64,000 nucleotides of DNA from Octopus vulgaris (taxonomy: Eukaryota), in the NCBI GenBank assembly GCA_951406725.2, contig OX597822.1:37324001-37388000 (forward strand), read 5' to 3'. The notes below the pieces were generated by a model. The model searched no databases. It had not been told where the DNA came from and saw nothing but the letters and a program-made list of their open reading frames with translations. Position numbers and translations under genes: made by a program. Of this stretch, positions 35,901 to 50,998 are shown one piece after another (position 1 is the stretch's first letter; the number at the start of each line of letters is the position of its first letter).

Positions 35901-38900
35901 CCCGTGCCGGTGGCATGTAAAAAGCACTCACTACACTTTCAGAATGGTTGGCATTAGGAAGATCATCCAGCTGTAGAAACATTGCCAGATCAGTCAAACT
36001 GTCTGACCCATGCCAGCATGTAAAGCGGACATTAACCGATGATCGTGATAATACACACACACTCACTTGTTTGTGTGTGTATACACTGTTCTTAAATAAG
36101 AATAATTTGTATCCTACAAAAGTATAGATTTATGTAAACTGTTTTTATTATTGCTGAACATAAAAACACATTAATATATTCTTTTCTACTCAGGGCACAA
36201 GGCCTGAAAATTTGGGGGAGGACGCTAGTCAATTAGATTGACCCCCCAATATGCAACTGGTATTTAATTTATCGACTCCAAAAGGATGAAAGGCCAAGTC
36301 GACCATGGCAGAATATATATTAGACACACATACTTATGATTTCAAATTGTAGCTAATCTTCTACAAAAAATAAATAACCGTCTACTATAGGCACAAGGAC
36401 TGAAATTTGGGGCAGGGGATAGTCAATTGTATTGATTACAGTGCTCCACTGGTAGGTACTCATTTTATTGACCCCGAAAGGATGAAAGGCTAAGTTGAGC
36501 ACGGCAGAATTTGAACTCAGAACGTAAAGATGGATAAAATGCTACTAAGCATTTTCCCTAGTGTGACAATGATTCTGTCAGCTCGCTGCCTTTCTACAAA
36601 GAATAAATAACAAAATGGCTACAGGCAAGGGCAGATATTTTCTCAGCTGATGGTATTTTATGTTCAAAAAGATTAACTGACAAGACCAAATATAGTGCTG
36701 GCCATTCTCTTGAATCACAAAAATGAAGCTGCAGAGCATTAGTGCATAAGAGCCTTGTGAATCAACTGATATTTCTCAAGATATAATCAGATGTAATGTT
36801 AGCCTTAGTGAAGCTACTGACTTTGACAATAATAGGGAGCCATGGTAACAGTGGATTACCTTCTTGTTAGTCATTCCTAAGACAAGACACAACTTTCTTA
36901 TTTCTATACTGCCCACAAGGGGCTACACACAGAGGGGACAAACAAGGACAGACAAACTGATTAAGTCTATTAGATCGACCCCAGTGTGTAACTGGTACTT
37001 ATTTAATCGACCCCGAAAGGATGAAAGGTAAAGTTGACCTTGGAGGAATTTGAACTCAGAACGTAGCGGCAGACGAAATACCTATTTCTTTACTACCCAC
37101 AAGGGGCTAAACACAGAGGGGACGAACAAGGACAGACAAACGGATTAAGTCGATTATATCGACCCTAGTGCGTAACTGGTACTTATTTAATCGACCCCGA
37201 AAGGATGAAAGGCAAAGTTGACCTCGGCAGAATTTGAACTCAGAACGTAACGGCAGACGAAATACGGCTACGCATTTCGCCCGGCGTGCTAACGTTTCTG
37301 CCAGCTCGCCACCTTAAGACACTAGTTTCAATCTCACCTGCAATTACAAAATATACAAGCTAATGAGAGAACTCCAACATAGTCAATCGACCTGCTAGAA
37401 CTATTGGCCAAATTTCCTTCACAATCACACTATCATCTTTGAAAACATTATGACTGAATGAAAGAAATTATGTTCACAGAAGGAACAACTTTGAACATAA
37501 GTCTGATGATTCAGGACTAACCAGTGACATGAACAACAGTAACCACTCCAACACAAGGCGAAAGAAAGCCAGCAAAATACTGAAGCTAATAAAGTGCTTT
37601 ATCCCAAACTTCTCCACTGATTTTACTATCAGTGGAGAGATTTGAACCTTGACTTCTGAAACAGAATGCAAGACAATGAATTAATACTACACTCAAATAC
37701 ACAAAGAAAAGATGAGCAATGCAATGCAATACTGTTATAACGTGGATCCTCATCCACTTGTATGTTATTGTTGGCACTGTAATATTCTTGTTGCCACTAT
37801 TATGTTGTAGCGGTATTCTGCATCTTGTTATCTTTGACTTGTTTATCATGTTATTGCTGATAGCTCTGCAAGACAATAACTTCGAAACATCTACCTTGAC
37901 AGTAACTCGAACTTGTATATTTCACATAATGGAACTGACTTCAACTGAGAACTCATTTGGAGTCTACTTCTACTGATTTCCTACAATGACTGACTGTCTG
38001 ACTTCATAGTGGCGGATTCATTCATACCACTTTGTCACATGGAAAGGGGAGTACCATTTCCACAACAACTACTTGTGTACATACATTGAACAAAAAGTAC
38101 CTTTTTAACATCATCAAAACGAACATCACAACATTCACAGAAACCCTGCCGAAGTTTCTTCTCTGCAAGCTTCCTTCTCTCCCAGTTCACTAGACGCCGC
38201 CCAGGGATCTTCTGTGATGCAACCTGTTGACTGAGTGTGCTACAAGGAAAGAAAGAAAAATATTTATAATAATAATAATAAGTGATTCTTAACAGATACA
38301 TCTAAAGGGAGGAAACAACTACAGTATGTGACTGGATGGATGAAAGGCAAAGTTGATTGTAGACAGATATGAACATAGAACATAATAAGGTATGGCTGTG
38401 TGTGTGCATGCACAGGCATGTCTAGTATTGAGTTTGCATTCCTGTCATCTTGACAAATGTACAAGGTAACTGTAAACAAAAGCTTCACTGTTCCCACAGA
38501 CAGTATTTACAATACCAGGAATATAAACTGATGTGTGCGATCAATTTGTTAAGAAATATACTACAGCACTTTGCATCAGTATAGTTTGGTTTTACATAGG
38601 GATACTGCACAGCAATTGCAACAGGGCTTGAAAACACAAAGAGCTTCTTGTTTTGAGAGCGAGAGTGTGTGTGTTTACAACTGCTTGCACTAATGTATAA
38701 ATAAGACACACAAACACAATCATGTCTACATAGATATACGAATAAAGCAACATATACAACATGCATTAATATACATGTACAGTAACCCCTTGCTATATTG
38801 CAGTTCACCTATTGCGGTTTATTATCTAAGCCTATGCCGATTCCTCTGTGGTGTTGTTTTGCATTTATAATAAAATAAATATATACAAATTACAAAAATA

Positions 38901-39002
38901 ATTAAAAAAAATACACAGTATGGTACTGTTTCTACATCGCAGATTTTCACCTATCGTGGGTACTTTTGGAGTGTAACACCCACGATAGTCGAGGGATTAC
39001 TG

Positions 39003-39033
<31 letters not shown>

Positions 39034-42000
39034 TGATGAACTTGCACCTTAACTGGATTCATAGTAAAAATTCAACAGAGACACACAGCAGAGAGAGAGA
39101 GAGAAAGATAGAGTAAAGCAATTAATTACCATTTTTTGGTGGTGGTGGTGGTGGTGTTGTTGTTGTTATTGTTGTTGCGAGTTAGATTGGCTGCATTCTG
39201 GGGTGCTCCAGACTCTGCTGACCAGGCTACAGGAACATCTTTATTCGCTGGTTGTGGCTTAGTGGCACTGACACAACTTAGCCACTCATCAAAGGGACAG
39301 CTGCCTGGTGCTGAAGACAAGTTAATGTGGGGCCAGCTAGTAAACTCCATCACAACTGGACGATAATGTTTGTTGATTGCTTCAAATTTTATGTAGGGCT
39401 TCTTTAAGTATTTCACTGTGAAGAAAGTGAGAATTCTGTTTAATTTGGCATTTAACCCCAGATCAGCCTGAAACCAAAGCATGCATAATGAAAAATGATC
39501 TAACAATTACCATCATTATCATTGTTTAACGTCTACTTTCCATGCTGGCATGGGTTGGACGGTTTGACTGAGGACTGGTGAGCCAGAAAGCTACACCAGG
39601 CTCCAATCTAATGTGGCAAGGTTTCTACAGCTGGATGCCTTTCCTAATGCCAACCACTCCGAGAGTGTAGTAGGCACTTTTTACATGCCACTGGCATGAG
39701 GGCCAGTCAGGCAGAACTAGCAACGACCATGCTCGAATGGTGCTTTCTATGTGCCACTGGCATGGGAGCCAGTCAGGTGGCACTAAAACCTTTGGAAGTA
39801 ACTGAATCAGCCTCAGTACAAGAACAGTCATTTACCAACACAGCAGTTACTAATTAAATTCATCTGTTGTTGCAGGACTTGGACACCGAATGTATAGGTA
39901 TAAGAGATATTTTTGTTAATGACATTAACATTAATCAACATGTCAACTTACATTTTGCTGTTTTCTTTCTTTTCTGATTATCCTGAAAAAAAAAAAAAAA
40001 AAAATCCACAATTACAAAACTGAACAAATGGATATACAATATGAGGCAGATATATAGGCAGGGATGTTAAAGAGCTGGACTACTGACCACATAATTGTCA
40101 GTTCAGAACTTTCTCGTGCTGCTATATTTTCAGCCCTGATCAAGAGACAAACTTAATGTGTGTGTGTGTGTGAGAGTGAGGGAGCATGTGTCTTTGTGTT
40201 TCTATTTCCCCACTGATTGACAACCAGTGTTGGTTTGTTTACATCCCCAGAACTTAGCAGTTGAGCAAAAGAGAGTGATAGAATAAATACCAGATTTAAG
40301 TAAGTTCTGGGGTCAATTTGTTCAACTAAAACCTTCAAGTGGTGTCCCAGCATGGCCATAGTTCTATGACTGGAACAAGTAAAAGGGAATCAATTTATCT
40401 CTAATTCCCACAAAAAGAAAAAAAAAGGTGTAAAAAATTGTAGAGATGGAAAACATTTGTGGAACTTTGAGATTTGTGTATTGTAACATAATTATAGTGT
40501 TAAGGATAATTATAAGCAAAATCACCATCTAAGATATTGACTACTGCCCACAAGGATGTAAGTTCAATTCATACTACTAATGTATGACTGTTCCAGCTTG
40601 CCCAACAAAACAAATACAGATTTCATAGCTGAAGCGTTTTAATACAGGAAAGAAAACCCCTCATTGCTAGTTTGAAAAAAGTCAATTACTTTTTGTCTGT
40701 TTGATCTATATTCAAATTTATGTGCTGTCTAGATGAGAAAGGTAGAATGCATTTATAACTCAGGAAAATTAGCTGCAGTAAAACTGGAGACTGCTGAGAA
40801 CATCAATATACTGCATTAGTAACCAAATACAGAAATACATACACAAATGTCTTCCTCTTGTCACCATTATTGTAGTCTTACCTCACATATCCTTCTTTCC
40901 CAGAACTGAAATGTACTGGAATTTTCTTCTTGTCAATGTTCTTGCAGACAATAACTTAAAGGTAGACAAACTGAATAGTGGAGGCACATAGTCTGGTGGT
41001 TAGAGCAGCAGACTCACAGTTGAGGGATCACAGGTTCAAATCTCAGACTGGGCTATGTGCGTTTATGAGTGAAACACCTAAGCCCCATGCAGCTCTGCCA
41101 GAAGGTAACGGCGAACTTCTGCTGACTCTTTTGCCACAACTTTCTCTCACTCTTTCCTTCTGCATCAAGCAGCTCACCTGTGACGGATTGGCATCCCATC
41201 CAGGTGGGGATCCGATATGCCAATGAAACAAGCCCTTATGAGCCAGGCATGGCTCCAGAAGAAACAAAAAACAATAATATACAAACTGAATAACCCTTTC
41301 CCAATCTAGGAAAGGTGGAGGCTTAAAAATGATATGCATTGTCCCTTTTTTCCCTGACTATCGTTTTAATGTCCCCTTCTCTATGGCCAGATATCCTTTG
41401 TCACCAACCCTCACCTGTTTCCAAGTAAGGTAATATCTCTCCATGACCAGATGTTGTTTTACAGAAGATTGCAAATGAAGGCCACTGCAAGTCTGATGGT
41501 AACACTCATACAATTATCATGTCAAGGCAAGGACTCACCAACTCTCTCTCTCTCTCACACGCACATGTATAAAGCACAAGGAACAGGAGTTTAACATTTA
41601 CCACAGTTTTGGCTCTTAAGTTTGATACACAAGCTGCTTTGGCATTCTCCAACAAAGTCTTCTCTTTGCTGATCCATTTCATTAAACCTAGGGAAAAAAT
41701 TTACAGAGATTACTTTAAAGTACTACAGAAAAAGAAATATGTGCATATGTATGCATGTTTATATACACATACACACACATGCAAACACATTACTATCTAT
41801 ATCTATAAACATACACAAACACACACAAGAACATATCGAGGCTTCAGGTTCAGTTCTTTTTTGTGACATCTTTGGCAAGTGTCTTCTACTCTAAGTCCCT
41901 GAATAACTGAAATCTTGAATGGATTTGGTAGACAGGTACTGAGAGAAATCTATTTTGTGTGTGTGTGCTGCATGTACATATGTGCATTTGTTTGTATGTA

Positions 42001-45000
42001 TGTATGGGGTTCAATCCCACTACTAAGCACTTTGGGCAAGTGTCTTCTGTCATAGCTTTGAGTTCACCAATTTACTATGAGCAGAATTACATTGGTGGAC
42101 ACCATCATACTAATATATAAGAAGGAGCACTTTGTCGGTTATGATACAATCAACGGTACAGCTTGCTTATGAAATTAATGTACAAGTGGCTGAACACTCC
42201 ACAGACATGTGTACTCTTAACATAGTTCTCAGGCAGATTCAGCTCAACAAGGCTGGCCCTTTGAAATACAAGTACTACTCAGTTTTGCCAGCTGAGTGGA
42301 CTGGAGCAACGTGAAATAAAGTGTCTTGCTCAAGGACACAATGCATTGCTGGGGATTGAACACATGACCTTATGATTGTGGGCCGAATGCTCTAACCACT
42401 AAGCCACATGCCTTTGTTCGTTTAACGTCTGCTTTCCATGATGGAATGGGTTGGACAGTTTGACTGGGGACTGGTGAGCCAGATGGCTGCACCAGGCCCC
42501 AATCTGATCTGGCAAAGTTTCTACAGCTGGATGCCCTTCCTAATGCCAATCACTCTGAGAGTGTAGTAGGTGCTTTTATGTTCCACCGGCACATGGGCCA
42601 GTCAAGCGGTACTGGCAATGGCCACGCTTAAATGGTGCTATTACGTGTCACCTGCACTGGCAACACCCTTGCTTGAATGTTTTTCATATATATATAGATA
42701 GATAGATAGATATTATACATATATATGTGGGTGTCTTTTACCAATGAATAACAAAGAGGTATAAACATCAGCACATAGGCAACAATTCACTGAATAAGAG
42801 ATTGGCTTGTCAGAAACATGTAACAGTGCTACAGTTGAGGAAATGCAATAAAAATACAAGTAACATGAAAGGGAAGACTACAGCAGAGTAAGGAAAGAAT
42901 AATAATTTCTAACACTAGTACATAATCACAAATTCTGGCAAAGTGCAGGCAATTAAACTGATTCCAGTACTTGACTGGTATTGATTTTATTGTCTTGAGA
43001 AGAATATAAAGAAAGCTGAGTTTTGTTAAGATGTAAACTAAAAATTTGAGAGGGCCTGGGTAAATACCTCAAAAAGTTTAACATCATACTCTAGCACACT
43101 TCCACAAAAACAACAATTGTTTCATGCAAGAACAAAAAAAAAATTTGAGGTGTTCTAATCTGGGTACTGAGACTCAGTGTGGGTGACAGAAGTGTCACTT
43201 GAGAGAAGTTTAGTCATAGTATTATGTCCCTTGATCACTTGCCCGCTCCTACTGGATCCACTCACAAGGTTGTGGTTTGTTTAGTGCTATAGCAAAGACA
43301 CTTACCCAACGTAGCATGCAATGGAGCTGAACGCAAAACTATATGGTTGGGAAGCAAACTTCTTAACCACACAGCCATGCCTACGTCTATAATGTAAACA
43401 ATAATGATGATGATAAATATTTTCTTTACTTGTATAGGGCACAATCTTGACTCCCAGTTTTCTTGCTTTGTCAACAATATTCTCAGGCTAAAAAAGAAAA
43501 AGGAAATACAATAAGAATAATAAGATCAAACTGAAGAGAAATTATACTCTTACCACCAGTACCACACACATTTTAATGTCTACTTTTAGAAGGACAGCAA
43601 GATTGAGGTTTAACTGATGGGGTAGACATAAAGAATTCTTTCCATCCATCCATCTTCATTCACTGCGGCCATAGGATGCAATCAGAAGCAACCATCATGG
43701 AAACCATCCACTTTCCAGTTGGATCAAGTGAGACTATGGATATTGGTCTACCTCTTGGTCGTCTGCCAGTTAGCTAGGTTCGAAAAATTCTTCTAGTGAT
43801 ACTTTCTTGTAACATTCGAATAACATGTCTGTAGAACCAAAGCTGGGACCTTTCGATGAAGAGAAAGTAGTGACTCAAGATGGAGAAGCCCCCTGATCTT
43901 CAGGCTAAGCACCCTGAAACATTACTTCAGAGAACCTTTGCAGGAACCCCATCTCTATTGCTTGTATTTATGATATCCTTTTGCTCATTACCGAACATTC
44001 ATGGGCATTGGTGAAGAATTTATATGCAATAAAAAATCGACAGAGAATATGGTTTAGAAACATTCTAAAGTTATGTAAAGGTGATGCTGTAGAAAAATCA
44101 AACCAACATTTAAACAGGCATTAATTTAAATGGGACCACTTTAATTCACTAACTACCAATCTTTTTTACTTCTTTATCAGAATACCTCAACATTTTTAAT
44201 ACATACACAAATAAAGTCATGAGAATAACGAAGTTCAGTGGATTCATTACATGTATGCAATTTATTTGTTATCAGTCTGGTTCCAGGAGCAACTCATAAT
44301 TGAATGAATGGCATTAAACCTTTTGCTATCACATTTCTGTTGAAATACACTGCCTTTGTTTCAGGTGATTTTGAAAGTAAATGATTTAGTAAAATAAGTC
44401 GTTATTAAGCCAGTGTTGGAATATAAATAGGAAATTTTGATGGAAGTTTTTAATTTAGATTACTTGAAAACAGAAAGTTTGTGTCATAGAACCAGAAATT
44501 AGCCTCAGGCAGGTTGCCATCAAGAGTTTATGTTGCTGCACCCCTGTCATTTTCATATCTCAGGCAACCTCTCTTCCTATTATCATCATATATCAAAACA
44601 CCCAAAATTGAACATAATTTTGCATTTGTACATTAAGCATTAAAGTAACTGCATTCACTACTGTTTTTAACGAAGCTTATAATTGATGTGAAGTAATTTA
44701 CATGATATTACATCTCTGAAACATTATAAATAATGATGTATTGCAGTTACACAACATATTCTAATCTCTAATAAGTTCAGCTTCATGTTAGGTCAGTGGT
44801 GTTTCTATGATCATTACAAATAGGAGGTCAGTGGTGTTTCTATGACCTATAAAGACACCAATTGCATTATTTCAGAATGGGAAAAGAGAAAGACAATAGA
44901 AAAATGATGAACTTACAACAGAATCTATTTTAACACATTGTAGCATGGCTCTTCCACGAGTAACCTGGTATAACAAAGAATGACATAAGTTGTGTTGAAC

Positions 45001-48000
45001 AATTAAGGAAATAGACATTTTCACAATTACCATTAATGAGATGAGAGTGAAGGGGGCAGCTATTCTACAGACAAATTGACAGAATGTGGGATAAAATGCC
45101 TTGCTGTATTTATTCCAGCTGCTTGCATTCTAAGATCAATTCCTTCCAAGGTCAAAAGTGAAATAATAGCCAAGGTTGATGGATTGTTGAAATTGTCAGA
45201 ACATCAGTTGGATGTCTTGTAAGTATTTGTTATGACCCTGAATTCCAATCCACCCATGGCCTAACCCATCACCTGGCTCTTGAAGCAATCAGATCAGGTC
45301 CCCTGTTTGCAGGGACTTTCCTCTCTGCCTACTATCAGTCACTAGGAAGGGCATCCAACTGTAGAAACCATGTCAAAACAGACAACTGGAGCCTAGTGCA
45401 GCCCTCCGGCTCGACATTTTCTTTCAAACTGTCCAACCCAAGTCAGAATGGAAAACAGATCTTAAATTGTAACCATTGTCAGTGGTTGCAGGAGAACCAT
45501 TAGACAAAATGCCCGGCAGTATTTGTTTGAGCTCTTTGCATTCTGAATTTAAATCCCACCAAAGCCAAATTTGCTTTTCCTCCTTCCAGGGTCAATCAAA
45601 GTATCAGTTAAATACAAGAGTTAATTCAAATTGGCTGTCATTTCCCAAATTTCTGGTTTTGTGCCCATCTTAGAAACTTTTTAGGTAGTGAGCTGTCAGA
45701 AGTGTTAGGACATGGGGTAAAATGCCTAGCAGCATTTCATTTCTTCCAGCTCTTTACATTCATCATCATCAACATCATTATTTAACATCCATTTTATATG
45801 CTGGCATGGGTGGGTTGGTTAGTTCAACCTCACCTCAGGCTAACTTTTCTTATGATCCTTGTTAAAATAAGTACTAGTTGATGTAATCGACTTAACTACT
45901 GCCATAAAGTTGCTGGCCTTGTGCCAGCATTTCAAAGAATTATTACTGTTATTATTTTTAAGGTGGAAGCTGGTAGAACTGTTAGGATGCCAAGTGGAAT
46001 GCTTTAGCAGTATTTTGTCCATCCTTATGTTCTGAATTCAAATTCTGCTGAGTTTGACTTTGCCTGTCATCCTTTCGGGGGTTGATAAAATAAGTACCAG
46101 TTGAGCACTGGTGGTGATGTAATCAACATATCCCTCCTCCAAAATTGCTGGCTTTGTGTCAGAATTTGAAACCTTTATTATTATTATTAAGGTGGTGAGC
46201 TGGCAGAATTGTTAATGCACCAGGTGAAATGTTTAGCAAAATTTCATCCATCCTTATGTTCTGAGTTCAAATTCCAGCAAAGTCGACTTTGCTTTTCATC
46301 CTTTTGGGGTCGATAAGATAAGTACCAGTTATGCACTGGAGCTGATGTAATTGGCTTGCCCCGTCTCCCAAAATTTCAAGTCTTGTGCATATAGTAGAAA
46401 GGATTATTATAACCACCACCACCACCTAAATGCTTGCACAGGCCAGGAAATGATAACAGAAAGATAGAATAATAACAGATGACAAGAGATTACAAAGTCA
46501 TCTCTATGAGAGAGATGTGGATGCAAGACAAACAGACATACCGAGAGAGCCTTTTTGTCAAAAGTTGAAGGGGATGGAGTTTGGCCACTGTTGAATGGGC
46601 TTGACATATAGACACTTGGACTTCCTGAGGTATTTGGATCATCATTTTTCTCTTTTACTTTTGACTGATCAGTAACAAAGTAATGGATCTCTTTGCTGAG
46701 GAATTTCTCAATGATCTGAAAGAAAAAGTAAAAAAATATATACACATCTCCAGACATACGAACTGCTATCATACACACAATACGAACTAACTTATCAGCT
46801 GGCTGTATGGTAGCCAACCCACTAAGATATCTATACACATAAATGCTATAAGTATAGAATCATTATAAAATTAAATGTAACTACACAGGCACACATATAT
46901 GGATATAGAAGTGTATAGGAATGAGCAGGCTGTATGATTAACAAGTTCCCATTACAACCACATGGTTTTGAGTATCCTCGTTAAGTGTATTGCACTATAA
47001 ACTCAAATGGATAGTATTTTTTAAGGGAATTTAGAAGATGGAAACAAAAGACGAAGTCATGTGTGTGTGCTATTTACACAAGTCTAAAAAAAGGTTTCAT
47101 GTCCCTCTATATTATTGACCAACGGATTAGAGACTGATAAAATATCAAACTGGAAGTACTAAATTCAATGTGTGTGTGTGTGCATGCATACACATGTCTT
47201 TGTGAATGTTTACATTCTGTACTTCTCCAAAAACTCTTCTAAGCTAAGCGCAGAGCGATGCTGACATTTCCCTGTCACCAAATTGTCCAGGACATAGTGC
47301 TTTTTAACACAGGTGGACTGAAGGCTCCCTTACTTGAAAAAACAGCTAAAGGCTAGTGACAAGAAGGGCATCCAGCTGCAAAAATAATGGCTCAAATAAT
47401 ATATATTTGTTTAACCCAAGCTAACATGGAAAAACTGCCAAAAAAGAAAAAAAAAAATGAATATGTTTACATTATTTACATTTGATAGATATTTGTCCTC
47501 ATCTTGCTTGTTGTTAACACAATGTTTCGGCTGATATACCCTCCAGCCTTCATCAGGTGTCTTGGGGAAATTTTGAACCTGGGTTCTCATTCCTAAGATA
47601 TTTTTTGATATTATTATTATTATTATTATTATTCAGGTCACTGCCTGGAATCAAACTCGGAATCTTGGGGTTAGTAGCCTACACTCTTAACCACTACGCC
47701 ATATGCCCGTGGGCAATTAAAAAAAAAAAAATTTTTTTTTTTATTTTTAATTAAAAAATTTTTTTTATAAAAACTAGCTTGTTTTTCAAATGCATATGGC
47801 ACAGTGGTTAAGAGCACAGGCTACTAACCCCAAGATTCTAAATGATAATAATAATGATAATAACATTGAAAAATACCGTAAGAATGAGAACCCAGGTTCG
47901 AAATTTCCCCAAAACACCCGATGAAGGTTGGAGGGTATATCAGGCGAAACATTGTGTTAACAACAAACAAGATGAGGACAAATATCCATCAAATGTAAAT

Positions 48001-50943
48001 AATGTACATAATTCCTCACCTCTTAAATATAGAACTGAAATGAATATGTTCTTTATATAAGAATAGCTAAGAGTAACTGTGACATATCCCTTAAAATTGA
48101 AGAGGAAATGCCATCACTATTGTTAATTCTTACATGTATACACTGTTTAAAACAATTCAACACATGTAGCACATATAGAATCTTGTATATAAGCACACAA
48201 ATTGGAGGTAAAAATATTTTTACCATAATGGCAAATAGGTAGAGAGGAATATTTTAGTCTGGCTGCTGCAGGCAACCTCTCTAATAGCAGTGTAATGATA
48301 AAATGTATCCAATCTATGTTGAAAAAAAAACCCCAAGGTATTCTTCTTTAAGATGACATGGGATTATAAGAGAGCCATCCAAGAATGGTTTTGGGAGAGA
48401 ACTTAAATAGGATGATAATGAAGGCCTTTTAATTTGTACTGTAGACAAATGAACTGGTAAGTCTACAACACATGTAGACATTCCACATATACACATAAAG
48501 CAACTTTCAATATAGATACAAGAAAAGACTGAATGAATTCTAACAGACATACACTAATATAATTGAAACCCACATATACTGAATTCCAACATGTATATAC
48601 ACACACACACACTGAGTATATTTCAATTCACATAAAGATGGAGATTGAGTGAAATTCAACATATCAAGTTAGATATACTTACTGCTCCAAATTTGCTCAA
48701 ACTTTCTTCAACATTCCTCTGTTTTAATCCTCTTAAGTCAAGATAAATCCTTTTACCATCAAGTGGAAGTTTGTTTTTGAAGTCAAGCTTTCTTCTGCTA
48801 TTTAGACAACTTTCACCTGCAGCTGGAATCAAAATAAAGTTAGAAACTTCTAAATGGACATAAATGGCAGAATTCCCTATGATGTACCCAGTGCAAACTG
48901 TGGACATATAAGAGGTGCAGTGGAATCACAAGAAGGTTAACAGCAAAAGTAGATTTTTTTTGTGTGGTAGATGCACAGAAACAATATACAATAAGAATAC
49001 ACAGGAAACAGATTTTCTCTAAGGTTCAAGAGGATCCTTAGAGGTGGTTAATAGGTTGTTGCCTAGGACATCTAGGTAAGAGAATTAGTAAAAGAGAAAA
49101 GAGTTCAGAAAGTATAGTTGCTAAAATAAGATTTGGCTGGAACAAGTTCAGAGAGCTATTACCTCTATTGGTAACAAAGGGTTTCTCTCTTAGAGTGAAA
49201 GGCAGAATGTATGATGCATTTTCAGTATCATATCATACACACCTTACTTTCCACAGAATGCCCCTTTACTCTGTATGCCCTTTCATGCTGCCAAACAACA
49301 GCTCCCAGAACTTTTGTTCATCACTCACTATTTTCATTCCTATGTACCTCTGACCTAATCTCTCGCACTGTGCATCTCTCTTGCACACCCCACACATTCG
49401 TATCATCTGTGCTGCTACTTATTCCCTCCCAACCGACTCCATTTCCTTCATATCCTCTTAAGTGATATTCACCATTGACCATACCACCACCTGTGGTCAC
49501 CATTTACTGCATTTACTTCTATCCCCATCTCTATTCATCTGCTACTTTCCTTCATGCAGCAAAATCTCCCTCAAATCATACCATAGGTGAAGGTGTGGCT
49601 GTATGGTAAGAAGCTTGCTTCCCAACCACATTGTTTCAGGTCCAGTCCCACTACATGGCACCTTGGGCAAGTGTTTTATACTATAACTTCAGGTTGACCA
49701 AAGCCTTATGATCAGACTTAGTAGATGGAAACTGAAAGAAACCATCGTATATATATATATGTATATATCTATGTGTGAGTCTGTGTTGATGTCTCCGTAA
49801 CTTAGCGGTTTGGCAAAAGACACCAATAGGATAAGTACTAGGCTTAAAAAAAAGAAAATAGGAGTTGACAAGCTGGAGAGCTGCACCAGGCTCCAATTGT
49901 CTTTTCTGGCAAGGTATCTACAGCTAGATGCCCTTCCTAAAGCCAACCACTTTACAGAGTATTCTGCATACTTTTTATGTAACACCAGCATGGAAACTTA
50001 TTATTAAATGAATTCAAGTGAAAGAAAAGTGTGTACTGTAGAGAAAAATTATAAAAAAAGATCCTGACGAAATGTCTAGTGTTGACATCTATAGATAATT
50101 CAAGGTTCAATTTTGAGAAATAAATAAATTAGAGGTCACATAATGTTGAATAAGAGTTCTATCAATTTATTGAACAACTTGTAACTGAATGAGAATCTTT
50201 GCTCTGTATCACCTGATCGCAGCTTTCAGTGTGAACTGATTGTTAACCTCAATGTCCCACTATATAATCTCTCCATTCATAAACAATGGAGATAAAAAGC
50301 AACCATAAACATACAATCCAATGTCACAACAAAGAGTTATTTGTGTTTCATTTTAAATTAACATTTTTGTTTTGAGTAATATAGAAACATTACTTAAATA
50401 ATAAAGTTCAAGGTACAAAAGATACAAGTTTCTTTTTTTTAATTCAATAAATTTAAATACAAAAAAAAAAAAAGACGCGGCTGTGTTGTAAGAAGCTTGC
50501 CTCCCAACCTCATGGTTCTGGGTTCAGTTCCACTCCGTGGCACCTTGGATAAGTGTCTTAATATAATAATAAAAATGAAATTATTGTATACAGTGCTCAG
50601 GTGCACCACAACTTGTCAGAAAGTGCGTATAGAGTATATGCAGTAATGTACAAATGCCTGGAAAGCGAACAATGTATAAGTCAGATACATGCTTGTGTGT
50701 GTATGGAGGGGAGAAAATCAGGTGTAGTGTTGGTGAATCTCAGAAAGCATGGAAGTTTTGAAGGATGCAGTGCTCTGACAACTAACAACTGACGCCGGCA
50801 GTCAGTTCCATGCTTCAGCAACTCTCAGCGTGTAAAAATGTTTCCTGAAGTCATGGGAGCTGTGCTGTTTTCTGACCTACTATAGCCTCGGACCAACCAA
50901 ATCCTAGTGAGTGGATTTAGTAGACAGAAACTGAAAGAAGCCT

Positions 50944-50998
<55 letters not shown>

